From Shigella phage Sf25, in the sequence record MF327009: a stretch of DNA of 64,000 bases. One strand, given 5' to 3'. Both the position numbers and the translations under genes were made by a program. Shown one piece after another: positions 1 to 9,237 of this stretch (within the stretch, counting starts at the first letter, position 1; every line of letters begins with the position of its first letter). The notes below the pieces were generated by a model. The model saw only the letters and a program-made list of their open reading frames with translations. It was not told the DNA's origin and ran no database searches.

Positions 1-546
1 TGCATTATCTACGGTAAAATTATAAGACGGAACAACAGAATCCAAATCATTTGGAAGTTTAATAAGATCTTCAAATTTACCACGACCCAAAAGTGGAGCG
101 ATTTTAAACCCAAATGAATTACAAAACGATTCCATCATGTAATCATCAACATAAGTTACATCACCACTTTCGGTAGTGACAATAATGTCAAATACATAAA
201 AATCTTTATCGCCATAATCAACATTCTTCTGAATGCCAGGTCCAGCGAATTCGCCAAAAACTTGATAAGTCACAACAGCTGAAGTTTCCATAATTTCTTG
301 GACAGCTTTAATAGAATCTTCGTAATTCTTTAAAATAATTTCATAACCGAAGAAATCTTCAGCAGGAAGAATCGGTCCAGTACGTTTAGCGCAAGTTACT
401 TTATCACGCTCAATAATCAATGAGAAATTTGTGCCGTGAATCTTTTCACGAGCTACCCATTCGCCGCCAGTCAATCCTAAGCTATAAAGTTTTTCAATAA
501 ATTTAGAGTTGTAATGATTTTCAAGACTGCTATACTTTTTAAACAT
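1..546 (-). CDS. rnlB: RNA ligase 2 (Rnl2), N-terminal part; the gene runs off the window start
   Basis: Reverse-strand frame starting at ATG 544-546; translation [43 protein letters not shown] with ligase motif I KIHGTN; matches recalled T4 Rnl2 N-terminus. Confidence 0.85.
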   Translation of the reverse strand, partial: MFKKYSSLENHYNSKFIEKLYSLGLTGGEWVAREKIHGTNFSLIIERDKVTCAKRTGPILPAEDFFGYEIILKNYEDSIKAVQEIMETSAVVTYQVFGEFAGPGIQKNVDYGDKDFYVFDIIVTTESGDVTYVDDYMMESFCNSFGFKIAPLLGRGKFEDLIKLPNDLDSVVPSYNFTVDNA

Positions 547-555
547 AATTAATCC

Positions 556-834
556 TCAAAATGTAATTTCTAACCAATCACCATCACGCTGATCACTATT
601 GACTTTAAAGCTGAATCCTTCTTTTCTCAGCCAATCACCAATTTCTTCAGTAATCAATTTATCGCGAGCAGTACAATAATAACTAAAATATGTTTTACCT
701 TGTTCAGCTGCTTTATTAGCAAGTTCTGAAAAATCTTTAATAAAACACTCTAGCTTAAACTGTTTACTTTTTAATGCTTTTTCACGTAATTGATTAGCAA
801 AAGATTCATTTTCATAAAGATCATACTGTTCCAT
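556..834 (-). CDS. hypothetical protein (92 aa), 24.x-like
   Basis: ORF track; tightly packed between rnlB and the next ORF. Confidence 0.5.
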   Translation of the reverse strand: MEQYDLYENESFANQLREKALKSKQFKLECFIKDFSELANKAAEQGKTYFSYYCTARDKLITEEIGDWLRKEGFSFKVNSDQRDGDWLEITF

Positions 835-1036
835 TTTTCACCTTTTTATTGATATGTCTTTTTCTATAGACAACTTTTTCTCGAGTTTCAAATTTATTCT
901 TAGCAGTCATAGCTCGAGCCCATAATACAGCCACTTCTTTCGCCTGTAAGTTTAATTCACGAGCAATTTCAATGAATGACTTTCCAGACTCATGAAGAGT
1001 AAACACCACAACCTCAGTTCTCATAATCAATCTCAT
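821..1036 (-). CDS. hypothetical small protein (71 aa); its 5' end and upstream leader lie inside a 202-bp tandem duplication
   Basis: ORF track; a second copy of its first ~38 codons plus leader is present at 1125-1238. Confidence 0.5.
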   Translation of the reverse strand: MRLIMRTEVVVFTLHESGKSFIEIARELNLQAKEVAVLWARAMTAKNKFETREKVVYRKRHINKKVKNGTV

Positions 1037-1326
1037 GTTATCGAGTTGGTGCCATTATATACATCATTTTCTGATTGTGTTTTGTGTGCTTTCAAAATGA
1101 AGAAAGGGGCCGAAGCCCCTTATGTAATACAGCCACTTCTTTCGCCTGTAAGTTTAATTCACGAGCAATTTCAATGAATGACTTTCCAGACTCATGAAGA
1201 GTAAACACCACAACCTCAGTTCTCATAATCAATCTCATGTTATCGAGTTGGTGCCATTATATACATCATTTTCTGATTGTGTTTTGTGTGCTTTCAAAAT
1301 GAAGAAAGGGGCCGAAGCCCCTTATG
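923..1326. repeat. exact tandem duplication, 2 x 202 bp (923-1124 and 1125-1326)
   Basis: The two units read identically, including the hairpin ggggccgaagcccc and the start codon of the 71-aa ORF. Confidence 0.9.
1090..1119 (-). terminator. rho-independent terminator hairpin (GGGGC-CGAA-GCCCC plus U-run) downstream of hoc; duplicated at 1292-1321
   Basis: GC stem with GNRA-type loop followed on the minus strand by a T-rich run. Confidence 0.55.
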
Positions 1327-1327
1327 A

Positions 1328-2395
1328 TTATGGATAGGTATAGATGATACCAGTTTCTAAAGCAGTTTTATGAATGATGTATCCATTACGTGATTCTTGA
1401 ACATCAACTTCTGGATAGTCTTTCATCATCTTCTGAAGCGTATAACGATGCAAGTAGTATTTACTATCTGGATCGTCAGTTTTCCAATCTTTACCTTCTT
1501 CGGTCATTTTTTGGATTTCATCCATAACCCACCAACCACACCAGATGTAAGCTGAAGTACGATGTGGAAGAGGATGAACATAAGGTAATTCACCTTCTGG
1601 CTCTGGAGCAACTTTATCAGTTACCTGAACTTGACCTTCCGCCGTAATAGTTTTGCTATCATAATCAGCAGCAGTAACAGTTGCAGTAACTTCAATAGTT
1701 TGACTTCCAATAGATGAGGTATCAATGGTATATACATTAGTTGACCCTTCTACAGGAGAAGAATCTTTCTTCCATGAATACGCAATTTGCGCTTCTTCTG
1801 GAGCATCAGTGACATTAGCAGTAAATGTAGCCGAAGCATCTTGTTGAACGTTAATAGAAGGAGGAGTCAATGTAACCTGTGGATTCATTGTCTTCTTATT
1901 AACTGTTAATGATACTTCATTCGAAGTAACTTCCTTTTCATTGTAATTTTCAGCAGTTACTTGGGCTACGCATTTAATTCTTTTTACTCCACTTGTAGTT
2001 GGAGTATAGCTAAATGTAGAGTTAGTTTCTCCACCAACTTGTGAATCATCTACATACCACTGATACGTAGCAGATGCGCCTGATGGCTGCGAAGCCAAAG
2101 CAGCGGTAAATTCAACAGCTGTTCCGATTACTCCTTCCGGAGGACTATTAGGAGTTACGGCTAAGGTAGTCGTCTGTGTCTTATTTTGAACTGTGATAGT
2201 TGTACTAATTTCAGCTGTTTCGGGACTACTATCGGCAACTTGATTTGTTGCAACTACTTTAATAGTCTTTTGACCGGCAGGTCCTTTTAATACATAACTA
2301 AAAGTTGCTTCAGCTCCATCTTGTGGAACATCATCTACAGTCCAAGCATATGTAATAGGTCCATCTCCAGTTTGACCACTGGGCGTAGCAGTAAA
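1328..2395 (-). CDS. hoc: Hoc (highly immunogenic outer capsid protein, Ig-like domains); 5' end missing, no ATG/GTG in the open frame upstream of TTG 2098
   Basis: Frame open from 2395 to 1328; translation ...FTATPSGQTGDGPITYAWTVDDV...ASATYQWYVDDSQ...ELPYVHPLPHR...IIYTYP matches recalled T4 Hoc from about residue 22; a TAA immediately precedes F22. Confidence 0.8.
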   Translation of the reverse strand, partial: FTATPSGQTGDGPITYAWTVDDVPQDGAEATFSYVLKGPAGQKTIKVVATNQVADSSPETAEISTTITVQNKTQTTTLAVTPNSPPEGVIGTAVEFTAALASQPSGASATYQWYVDDSQVGGETNSTFSYTPTTSGVKRIKCVAQVTAENYNEKEVTSNEVSLTVNKKTMNPQVTLTPPSINVQQDASATFTANVTDAPEEAQIAYSWKKDSSPVEGSTNVYTIDTSSIGSQTIEVTATVTAADYDSKTITAEGQVQVTDKVAPEPEGELPYVHPLPHRTSAYIWCGWWVMDEIQKMTEEGKDWKTDDPDSKYYLHRYTLQKMMKDYPEVDVQESRNGYIIHKTALETGIIYTYP

Positions 2396-3015
2396 TTAAT
2401 GTAATAAATTAAGCTAAATAATGTTTGGTGTGCAGAAGCATGCTCAAAACTAGTTGGGTGAGATTTCCAATCCGGAGTTTCAGCGATCCATTGATAAATC
2501 CACCAAGGAACAGTACAGAATCCTGGATTTTTTCCAATCAACTGAAGATTCGGGCTAAAGTTTTCCGGAAGAGTAAATACAGACGGCTTTTCAGATTCAA
2601 TAATCTCAGCTACAGCCTGTTCGAATTTTTCTTCAACAAAAGGAGTATCTTCAATCAAAACATCGGTATTTTCAGGAATTTTATCCGTTTCTACTACTTC
2701 AATTTTAATGTCAGATTTAACTGGAGAATCAATCAAAAGTGCTGCTTCTGGATTGACTTCTTCATCGTCATATTTTAATCCCTCTGCAGCATCAGCAGCA
2801 TCAATTAAGTCTTTAATAGATAACCCATCAGTCTCTGGCATAGGTTCACTAGCGAGCTTCTGGAGAGCTTCTTCAATATCAACAACGATATTATCAAAAG
2901 ATTTATTCTTTTTGACCTTTATACCAAACTGTTCAGCATATTCAGCTAATTTAGCTTTAGCTTCTTTGTTATCATCAAGAGCCTTCAGCTCTGCAATATA
3001 ATCTTTATCTATCAT
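2335..3015 (-). CDS. inh: Inh-like protein (prohead protease inhibitor); 3' end reads about 20 codons into the hoc region in another frame
   Basis: 226-aa ORF starting MIDKDYIAELKALDDNKEAKAK; position between hoc and uvsW as in T4. Confidence 0.6.
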   Translation of the reverse strand: MIDKDYIAELKALDDNKEAKAKLAEYAEQFGIKVKKNKSFDNIVVDIEEALQKLASEPMPETDGLSIKDLIDAADAAEGLKYDDEEVNPEAALLIDSPVKSDIKIEVVETDKIPENTDVLIEDTPFVEEKFEQAVAEIIESEKPSVFTLPENFSPNLQLIGKNPGFCTVPWWIYQWIAETPDWKSHPTSFEHASAHQTLFSLIYYINLLLRPVVKLEMDLLHMLGL

Positions 3016-3028
3016 AATATTTCCTCAG

Positions 3029-3036
3029 TATAAATA
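3029..3036 (+). promoter_or_regulatory. late promoter TATAAATA upstream of uvsW
   Basis: Exact TATAAATA about 30 bp upstream of the uvsW ATG. Confidence 0.55.
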
Positions 3037-3065
3037 TAGATATATTTATTACATGGTATTTAGAC

Positions 3066-4577
3066 ATGACTGACATTAAAGTACATTTTTATGATTTTAG
3101 TCACGTGAGAATTGATTGTGAAGAAAGTACATTTCATGAACTCCGTGATTTCTTTAGCTTTGAAGCTGATGGGTATCGTTTTAATCCGAAATACAAATAT
3201 GGCCACTGGGATGGACGAATCCGTCTTTTAGATTATAATCGTCTTCTTCCATTCGGCTTAGTCGGGCAAATTAAAAAGTTCTGTGATAACTTTGGCTATA
3301 AAGCCTGGATTGACCCACAAATTAACGAAAAAGAAGAATTATCAAGAAAAGATTTTGATGAATGGCTTTCTAAATTAGAAATCTATTCAGGAAATAAAAG
3401 AATTGAACCACACTGGTATCAAAAAGATGCAGTGTTCGAAGGATTAGTCAATCGTCGTAGAATTCTTAATCTTCCAACATCCGCTGGTAAATCGTTAATT
3501 CAAGCTTTGCTTGCGCGATATTATTTGGAAAATTATGAAGGTAAAATTCTTATCATTGTTCCAACAACTGCTCTAACAACTCAGATGGCTGATGACTTCG
3601 TTGACTATCGTTTATTCAGTCATGCAATGATAAAGAAAATTGGTGGCGGAGCATCAAAAGATGATAAATATAAAAATGATGCACCAGTCGTTGTTGGTAC
3701 ATGGCAAACTGTAGTAAAACAACCGAAAGAATGGTTCTCACAGTTTGGAATGATGATGAATGATGAATGCCATCTTGCTACAGGAAAAAGTATTTCATCT
3801 ATCATATCAGGTTTAAATAACTGCATGTTCAAATTTGGTCTATCTGGTTCATTACGTGATGGCAAAGCCAATATCATGCAGTATGTTGGAATGTTTGGTG
3901 AAATATTTAAGCCAGTAACGACTTCTAAGTTAATGGAAGATGGACAAGTAACTGAGCTAAAAATTAATAGTATTTTTCTTCGCTATCCCGATGAGTTCAC
4001 TACTAAATTAAAGGGAAAAACTTATCAAGAAGAAATAAAAATTATTACGGGGCTTAGTAAAAGAAATAAATGGATCGCTAAATTAGCTATTAAGCTTGCG
4101 CAAAAAGATGAAAACGCTTTTGTCATGTTTAAACACGTATCGCACGGTAAAGCTATTTTCGATTTAATTAAAAATGAATACGATAAAGTTTATTACGTAT
4201 CAGGGGAAGTTGATACCGAAACCCGCAATATAATGAAAACCTTAGCTGAAAACGGTAAAGGAATAATTATAGTAGCTAGTTATGGTGTATTTTCTACTGG
4301 TATTTCAGTTAAAAATCTGCATCACGTTGTTTTAGCACACGGTGTTAAATCTAAAATTATTGTATTGCAAACAATAGGTCGCGTATTACGTAAGCATGGT
4401 TCTAAAACAATCGCAACAGTCTGGGACCTCATAGATGATTGCGGTGTTAAGCCAAAATCTGCTAATACGAAAAAGAAATATGTTCATTTGAACTATCTTT
4501 TAAAACACGGCATTGATCGTATTCAGCGCTACGCAGATGAAAAATTCAATTACGTAATGAAAACAGTTAATTTATAA
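3066..4577 (+). CDS. uvsW: UvsW DNA/RNA helicase (SF2)
   Basis: 503-aa ORF; Walker A PTSAGKS and DECH box; matches recalled T4 UvsW. Confidence 0.95.
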   Translation: MTDIKVHFYDFSHVRIDCEESTFHELRDFFSFEADGYRFNPKYKYGHWDGRIRLLDYNRLLPFGLVGQIKKFCDNFGYKAWIDPQINEKEELSRKDFDEWLSKLEIYSGNKRIEPHWYQKDAVFEGLVNRRRILNLPTSAGKSLIQALLARYYLENYEGKILIIVPTTALTTQMADDFVDYRLFSHAMIKKIGGGASKDDKYKNDAPVVVGTWQTVVKQPKEWFSQFGMMMNDECHLATGKSISSIISGLNNCMFKFGLSGSLRDGKANIMQYVGMFGEIFKPVTTSKLMEDGQVTELKINSIFLRYPDEFTTKLKGKTYQEEIKIITGLSKRNKWIAKLAIKLAQKDENAFVMFKHVSHGKAIFDLIKNEYDKVYYVSGEVDTETRNIMKTLAENGKGIIIVASYGVFSTGISVKNLHHVVLAHGVKSKIIVLQTIGRVLRKHGSKTIATVWDLIDDCGVKPKSANTKKKYVHLNYLLKHGIDRIQRYADEKFNYVMKTVNL

Positions 4578-4602
4578 GGGCTTCGGCCCTTTGGAGAAAA
4601 AG

Positions 4603-4833
4603 ATGTTACTAGAATTTAAACAATTTCTTTATGAAGCTTCTATTGATGAATTTATGGGTAAAATTGCCTCTTGTCAAACATTAGAAGGTCTAGAAGAACT
4701 TGAAGCTTATTATAAGAAAAGAGTTAAAGAAACTGAATTAAAAGATACTGATGACATCTCAGTCAGAGATGCTTTGGCAGGAAAAAGAGCTGAATTAGAA
4801 GATTCAGACGATGAAGTAGAAGAAAGCTTTTAA
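4603..4833 (+). CDS. uvsW.1: UvsW.1 small acidic protein
   Basis: 76-aa ORF from ATG 4603 with GGAG ribosome-binding site; position as in T4. Confidence 0.6.
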   Translation: MLLEFKQFLYEASIDEFMGKIASCQTLEGLEELEAYYKKRVKETELKDTDDISVRDALAGKRAELEDSDDEVEESF

Positions 4834-4888
4834 ATTAAAAAAGGCCCAACCAAAAAGGAAGGGCCAAAACTATAGACTAAAGGTCACA

Positions 4889-5056
4889 CTATAGCAAAAG
4901 TTGTGTTTCATTTAATTGTTCTTCCGAACTTTCTGAAACTGGTAGTTCTTTAATGTAATTATAGCAAGGCCCAGGATGTACAGGACCTTTGTCTGTTTCA
5001 ACAACCAATGCAGAATCGATTGGAGTTTTACAGACAACACAAATCTTATCTGACAT
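4889..5056 (-). CDS. small CxxC zinc-ribbon-like protein (55 aa), uvsY.-2-like
   Basis: Manual translation MSDKICVVCKTPIDSALVVETDKGPVHPGPCYNY; not in the ORF track because under 60 aa. Confidence 0.4.
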   Translation of the reverse strand: MSDKICVVCKTPIDSALVVETDKGPVHPGPCYNYIKELPVSESSEEQLNETQLLL

Positions 5057-5082
5057 GATTGTCTCCTCTGAATTATATATCT

Positions 5083-5090
5083 ATTTATAC
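5083..5090 (-). promoter_or_regulatory. possible late promoter (TATAAATA on minus strand) upstream of the 55-aa ORF
   Basis: Plus-strand tatttata about 27 bp upstream of the minus-strand start at 5056. Confidence 0.35.
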
Positions 5091-5309
5091 AACTCTCATA
5101 TGCATATCAATGCCCATATCTTTAGAATAAAAATATTCATCAAGATATCCGGCAAATTTTCCTTTAATATAAAGGACATCTTCACCGCATGGATGGTCGG
5201 CCAGGATACGAATATCCTGACGCTTAAGATTATGCTTTTTCATTAAGAATTGAATTTCCGTTTCAAATTCTTCTTCATAATTAAAAGCATCATCAATGCT
5301 ATATCTCAT
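5085..5309 (-). CDS. hypothetical protein (74 aa), uvsY.-1-like
   Basis: ORF track; start overlaps the uvsY stop. Confidence 0.5.
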   Translation of the reverse strand: MRYSIDDAFNYEEEFETEIQFLMKKHNLKRQDIRILADHPCGEDVLYIKGKFAGYLDEYFYSKDMGIDMHMRVV

Positions 5310-5722
5310 TATTTTCCAGCCTCAAATGCTCGCATGTCTTGAATATGCTTAATAGCAAATCCGCGTGATTTAATAGCATCAAGAGCTCCGCTACAGAAAT
5401 CCAATAAAATTCCCCAATATTGCAATGAAGTATCAACTTTTAAAACATCCTTATCAGCTGATAGAACTGTCTTCATTTCTGATTTCTCATAACGGTCCAT
5501 ACTAAATTCATCACCATCTCCTCGTCCCGAGTAGTAGTCTAATTTAGCTTTAAGAGCAACTTTTTTCTGTGCATCAATTCTAAGCATTTCCTTTTTAATA
5601 CTTGAATGCTTATTGAGCCATTTACTATATAACATCACATTATTAGCTGCTTCATACTGTAATTTAGTCGAATCTATAAACACATCTTTCTTCAATTCTT
5701 CTTGAAGATCTTCTAATCTCAT
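5309..5722 (-). CDS. uvsY: UvsY recombination mediator
   Basis: 137-aa ORF MRLEDLQEELKKDVFIDSTKLQYEAANN; length and sequence match recalled T4 UvsY. Confidence 0.9.
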   Translation of the reverse strand: MRLEDLQEELKKDVFIDSTKLQYEAANNVMLYSKWLNKHSSIKKEMLRIDAQKKVALKAKLDYYSGRGDGDEFSMDRYEKSEMKTVLSADKDVLKVDTSLQYWGILLDFCSGALDAIKSRGFAIKHIQDMRAFEAGK

Positions 5723-5761
5723 ATTGTTCTCTATTCAATTGTTATTGGATGGACTTAGATT

Positions 5762-5788
5762 CATTATACCACGTTTATACGTGAAGCA
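5762..5788 (-). promoter_or_regulatory. MotA-dependent middle promoter for uvsY (MotA box aTGCTTCA plus -10 TATAAT)
   Basis: Minus-strand reading ATGCTTCAcgtataaacgtggTATAAT just upstream of uvsY; fits the T4 middle-promoter consensus. Confidence 0.55.
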
Positions 5789-6187
5789 TTATACTCTATT
5801 ACTGGAAGCCAGTTGCAGTTTTATCTGCTCAATATCATCGGGGTTATCGATGACCGAAAAGCGTATTTCTACTATCAGAGTATAATCATCATAAACTGGT
5901 ATTACATTAACTGCTAATTTATCAATACGTGGCTCGTAGTTTCTTACTGCGCTTTCAATGTTACGCTCAACAGTATCAGCAGTAAGAGGAGTCATATTCT
6001 CAAAAAGCTGATCAGATAAATCGCATCCAAACTCTGGGTCAAATGGCCTTGACCCTTTCCTGGTTGTAATAATTCCTAAAAGGCTATTTTTAATTGACCT
6101 TAATCCAAGAGATCTTGAAACATCTTTGTCCCAATCCATTTTCATTTCTGGGTCAATGTCAGAATAAAGCTTATTAATATTTGCCAT
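5789..6187 (-). CDS. 25: baseplate wedge protein gp25
   Basis: 132-aa ORF, length and position as in T4. Confidence 0.85.
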   Translation of the reverse strand: MANINKLYSDIDPEMKMDWDKDVSRSLGLRSIKNSLLGIITTRKGSRPFDPEFGCDLSDQLFENMTPLTADTVERNIESAVRNYEPRIDKLAVNVIPVYDDYTLIVEIRFSVIDNPDDIEQIKLQLASSNRV

Positions 6188-6813
6188 TACAATAGCTCAA
6201 AGAATTCTTTGAGTCCTCTTATTACATGAGCGTGAGTTTTTCCACACTCTGGACACTTAATTGGAACAGCCAAATAAACAGTAGGCTTTAAAAGCATATC
6301 TTTTATAGCTACAATATCTGACTCTGTGATGATAGAATATAAATCTTCCAGTTCTTTTTCATTTAAGTCTTCAACTGGAATGCTTTCCCCGTTAGCATGA
6401 ATCGTTTCTATGCATGATACTATCATGTGGGCTATATTTTTATCATCAAAAATTTTAGGGTATCGGAATTTAATTTTAATGTCACCCAGTGTATACCAGA
6501 GGTCTTCTGGTGCATCTATTTGTGTATGTAATAGATTTATATGGGTTGGTATTTCAGTTCCACAGGTGCACTTCCAGGAGTTTTCGTGATTAACTTCACC
6601 GAGAGAATGTGCCCATAAATGAATCAACAATAGTTCTGATTCTTGGCGGTTTAAATCTTTTGCATTTGTGCAGTCTTTGATTAGCTTTTTAACAATTACT
6701 TCTACGGAACCATTATTTTTGGCAGTAATAAGTTCTAGATATTCTTTAAGCGTGAATGCGCGACAATTGATTATTTTAGAACCAACTCTCACATCAAATT
6801 TGTATTCATACAT
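6187..6813 (-). CDS. 26: baseplate hub protein gp26
   Basis: 208-aa ORF, length and position as in T4. Confidence 0.8.
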   Translation of the reverse strand: MYEYKFDVRVGSKIINCRAFTLKEYLELITAKNNGSVEVIVKKLIKDCTNAKDLNRQESELLLIHLWAHSLGEVNHENSWKCTCGTEIPTHINLLHTQIDAPEDLWYTLGDIKIKFRYPKIFDDKNIAHMIVSCIETIHANGESIPVEDLNEKELEDLYSIITESDIVAIKDMLLKPTVYLAVPIKCPECGKTHAHVIRGLKEFFELL

Positions 6814-6834
6814 ATTTGAATAAAAGGAGCATCT

Positions 6835-7584
6835 ATGGCAAACATTATTCGTTGTAAATTACCAGATGGTGTTCATCGTTTTAAACCATTTACGGTAGAA
6901 GATTATCGAGATTTTTTGTTAGTTCGAAACGATATAGAACATCGGTCACCACAAGAACAAAAAGAAATAATTACTGATTTAATTGATGATTATTTTGGAG
7001 ACTATCCGAAGACTTGGCAACCATTTATATTTTTGCAGGTATTTGTAGGGTCAATAGGTAAAACTAAAGTACCGGTCACATTTGTATGTCCAAAATGTAA
7101 AAAAGAAAAGACAGTTCCATTTGAAATATATCAAAAAGAATTAAAGGAACCTGTTTTTGATGTAGCTAATGTTAAAATTAAATTAAAGTTTCCTTCTGAG
7201 TTTTATGAAAATAAAGCAAAGATGATTACTGAAAATATTCATTCTGTTCAAGTAGATGAAATATGGTATGATTGGAAGGAAATTAGCGAGTCCAGTCAAA
7301 TAGAACTAGTTGACGCCATCGAGATAGAAACATTAGAAAAAATTCTCGATGCAATGAATCCTATTAATTTAACTCTACATATGTCATGCTGTAATAAGTA
7401 CATTAAAAAATACACTGATATAGTAGACGTGTTTAAGCTATTAGTTAACCCAGATGAGATATTTACTTTTTATCAAATTAATCACACACTCGTAAAAAGT
7501 AATTATAGCTTAAATTCAATAATGAAAATGATTCCTGCTGAGCGCGGATTCGTATTAAAACTGATTGAGAAGGATAAACAATAA
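6835..7584 (+). CDS. 51: baseplate hub assembly protein gp51
   Basis: 249-aa ORF, length and position as in T4. Confidence 0.8.
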   Translation: MANIIRCKLPDGVHRFKPFTVEDYRDFLLVRNDIEHRSPQEQKEIITDLIDDYFGDYPKTWQPFIFLQVFVGSIGKTKVPVTFVCPKCKKEKTVPFEIYQKELKEPVFDVANVKIKLKFPSEFYENKAKMITENIHSVQVDEIWYDWKEISESSQIELVDAIEIETLEKILDAMNPINLTLHMSCCNKYIKKYTDIVDVFKLLVNPDEIFTFYQINHTLVKSNYSLNSIMKMIPAERGFVLKLIEKDKQ

Positions 7585-8759
7585 TGAGTATGTTGCAACG
7601 CCCCGGATATCCAAATCTCAGCGTTAAATTATTTGATAGCTACGACGCTTGGAGTAATAATAGATTTGTTGAATTAGCTGCTACTATTACCACATTAACT
7701 ATGCGGGATTCTCTTTATGGACGAAATGAAGGAATGCTGCAGTTTTATGATTCTAAAAACATCCATACAAAAATGGATGGAAATGAAATAATTCAGATTT
7801 CTGTAGCTAATGCAAATGATATTAATAATGTTAAAACACGAATTTATGGATGTAAGCATTTTTCTGTGTCCGTAGATTCAAAAGGTGATAACATCATTGC
7901 TATTGAATTGGGAACTATTCATTCTATAGAAAATCTTAAATTTGGTAGACCATTTTTCCCTGATGCAGGTGAATCTATAAAAGAAATGCTTGGTGTCATT
8001 TATCAAGATCGCACATTATTAACTCCAGCAATAAATGCTATAAATGCTTATGTTCCTGATATTCCATGGACTAGCACATTTGAAAACTATTTGTCATATG
8101 TAAGAGAAGTTGCTCTAGCTGTAGGAAGCGACAAATTTGTATTTGTATGGCAAGACATCATGGGAGTTAACATGATGGACTATGATATGATGATAAATCA
8201 AGAACCATATCCAATGATTGTCGGTGAGCCATCTTTAATAGGTCAATTTGTCCAAGAATTAAAATATCCATTAGCATATGATTTCGTTTGGTTGACTAAA
8301 TCGAATCCTCACAAACGTGACCCAATGAAAAATGCTACTATCTATGCTCATTCATTTTTAGATTCTTCATTGCCAATGATTACTACGGGAAAGGGCGAAA
8401 ACTCTATTGTAGTGTCAAGGTCAGGTGCTTATTCTGAAATGACTTATAGGAATGGTTATGAAGAAGCTATTCGTCTTCAAACTATGGCGCAATACGATGG
8501 CTATGCTAAATGTTCTACTGTCGGTAATTTTAACTTGACTCCTGGCGTTAAAATTATTTTTAATGATAGTAAAAACCAATTTAAAACAGAATTTTACGTT
8601 GATGAAGTCATCCATGAATTATCCAATAATAATTCAGTAACTCATCTATATATGTTCACTAATGCAACGAAACTGGAAACAATAGACCCAGTTAAGGTTA
8701 AAAATGAATTTAAATCTGATACTACCACTGAAGAAAGTAGTTCTTCCAATAAGCAATAA
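7584..8759 (+). CDS. 27: baseplate hub protein gp27
   Basis: 391-aa ORF, length and position as in T4. Confidence 0.85.
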   Translation: MSMLQRPGYPNLSVKLFDSYDAWSNNRFVELAATITTLTMRDSLYGRNEGMLQFYDSKNIHTKMDGNEIIQISVANANDINNVKTRIYGCKHFSVSVDSKGDNIIAIELGTIHSIENLKFGRPFFPDAGESIKEMLGVIYQDRTLLTPAINAINAYVPDIPWTSTFENYLSYVREVALAVGSDKFVFVWQDIMGVNMMDYDMMINQEPYPMIVGEPSLIGQFVQELKYPLAYDFVWLTKSNPHKRDPMKNATIYAHSFLDSSLPMITTGKGENSIVVSRSGAYSEMTYRNGYEEAIRLQTMAQYDGYAKCSTVGNFNLTPGVKIIFNDSKNQFKTEFYVDEVIHELSNNNSVTHLYMFTNATKLETIDPVKVKNEFKSDTTTEESSSSNKQ

Positions 8760-9237
8760 AGAAGTTTCTATTCCTAAAATGGGTCTTAAACACTATAACA
8801 TTTTAAAAGATGTTAAAGGTCCTGATGAAAATTTAAAACTTCTTATTGATTCTATTTGTCCGAATTTATCACCGGCAGAAGTTGATTTCGTTTCTATTCA
8901 TCTATTGGAATTTAATGGAAAGATTAAATCTCGTAAAGAAATAGATGGTTATACTTATGACATTAATGATGTTTATGTATGCCAAAGATTGGAATTTCAA
9001 TACCAAGGAAATACATTTTATTTTAGACCTCCTGGAAAATTTGAACAATTTTTAACTGTAAGCGATATGTTATCCAAATGCTTGCTTAAGGTCAATGATG
9101 AAGTTAAAGAAATTAATTTTCTTGAGATGCCAGCATTCGTTTTAAAATGGGCAAATGATATTTTTACAACTTTAGCAATTCCTGGCCCTAATGGTCCAAT
9201 AACCGGAATTGGCAATATTATTGGATTATTTGAATGA
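8704..9237 (+). CDS. 28: baseplate hub distal protein gp28
   Basis: 177-aa ORF as in T4; start uncertain because it overlaps gene 27 by 56 nt. Confidence 0.7.
   Translation: MNLNLILPLKKVVLPISNKEVSIPKMGLKHYNILKDVKGPDENLKLLIDSICPNLSPAEVDFVSIHLLEFNGKIKSRKEIDGYTYDINDVYVCQRLEFQYQGNTFYFRPPGKFEQFLTVSDMLSKCLLKVNDEVKEINFLEMPAFVLKWANDIFTTLAIPGPNGPITGIGNIIGLFE

Noticed and set aside
2425-3001. Plus-strand ORFs 2425-2778 and 2708-3001 antisense to inh
   Set aside because: They lie entirely within the minus-strand inh ORF, have low-complexity translations and no ribosome-binding site; treated as frame noise. The same applies to other antisense ORFs in the track (e.g. 27128-27535, 39499-39978, 43821-44063).
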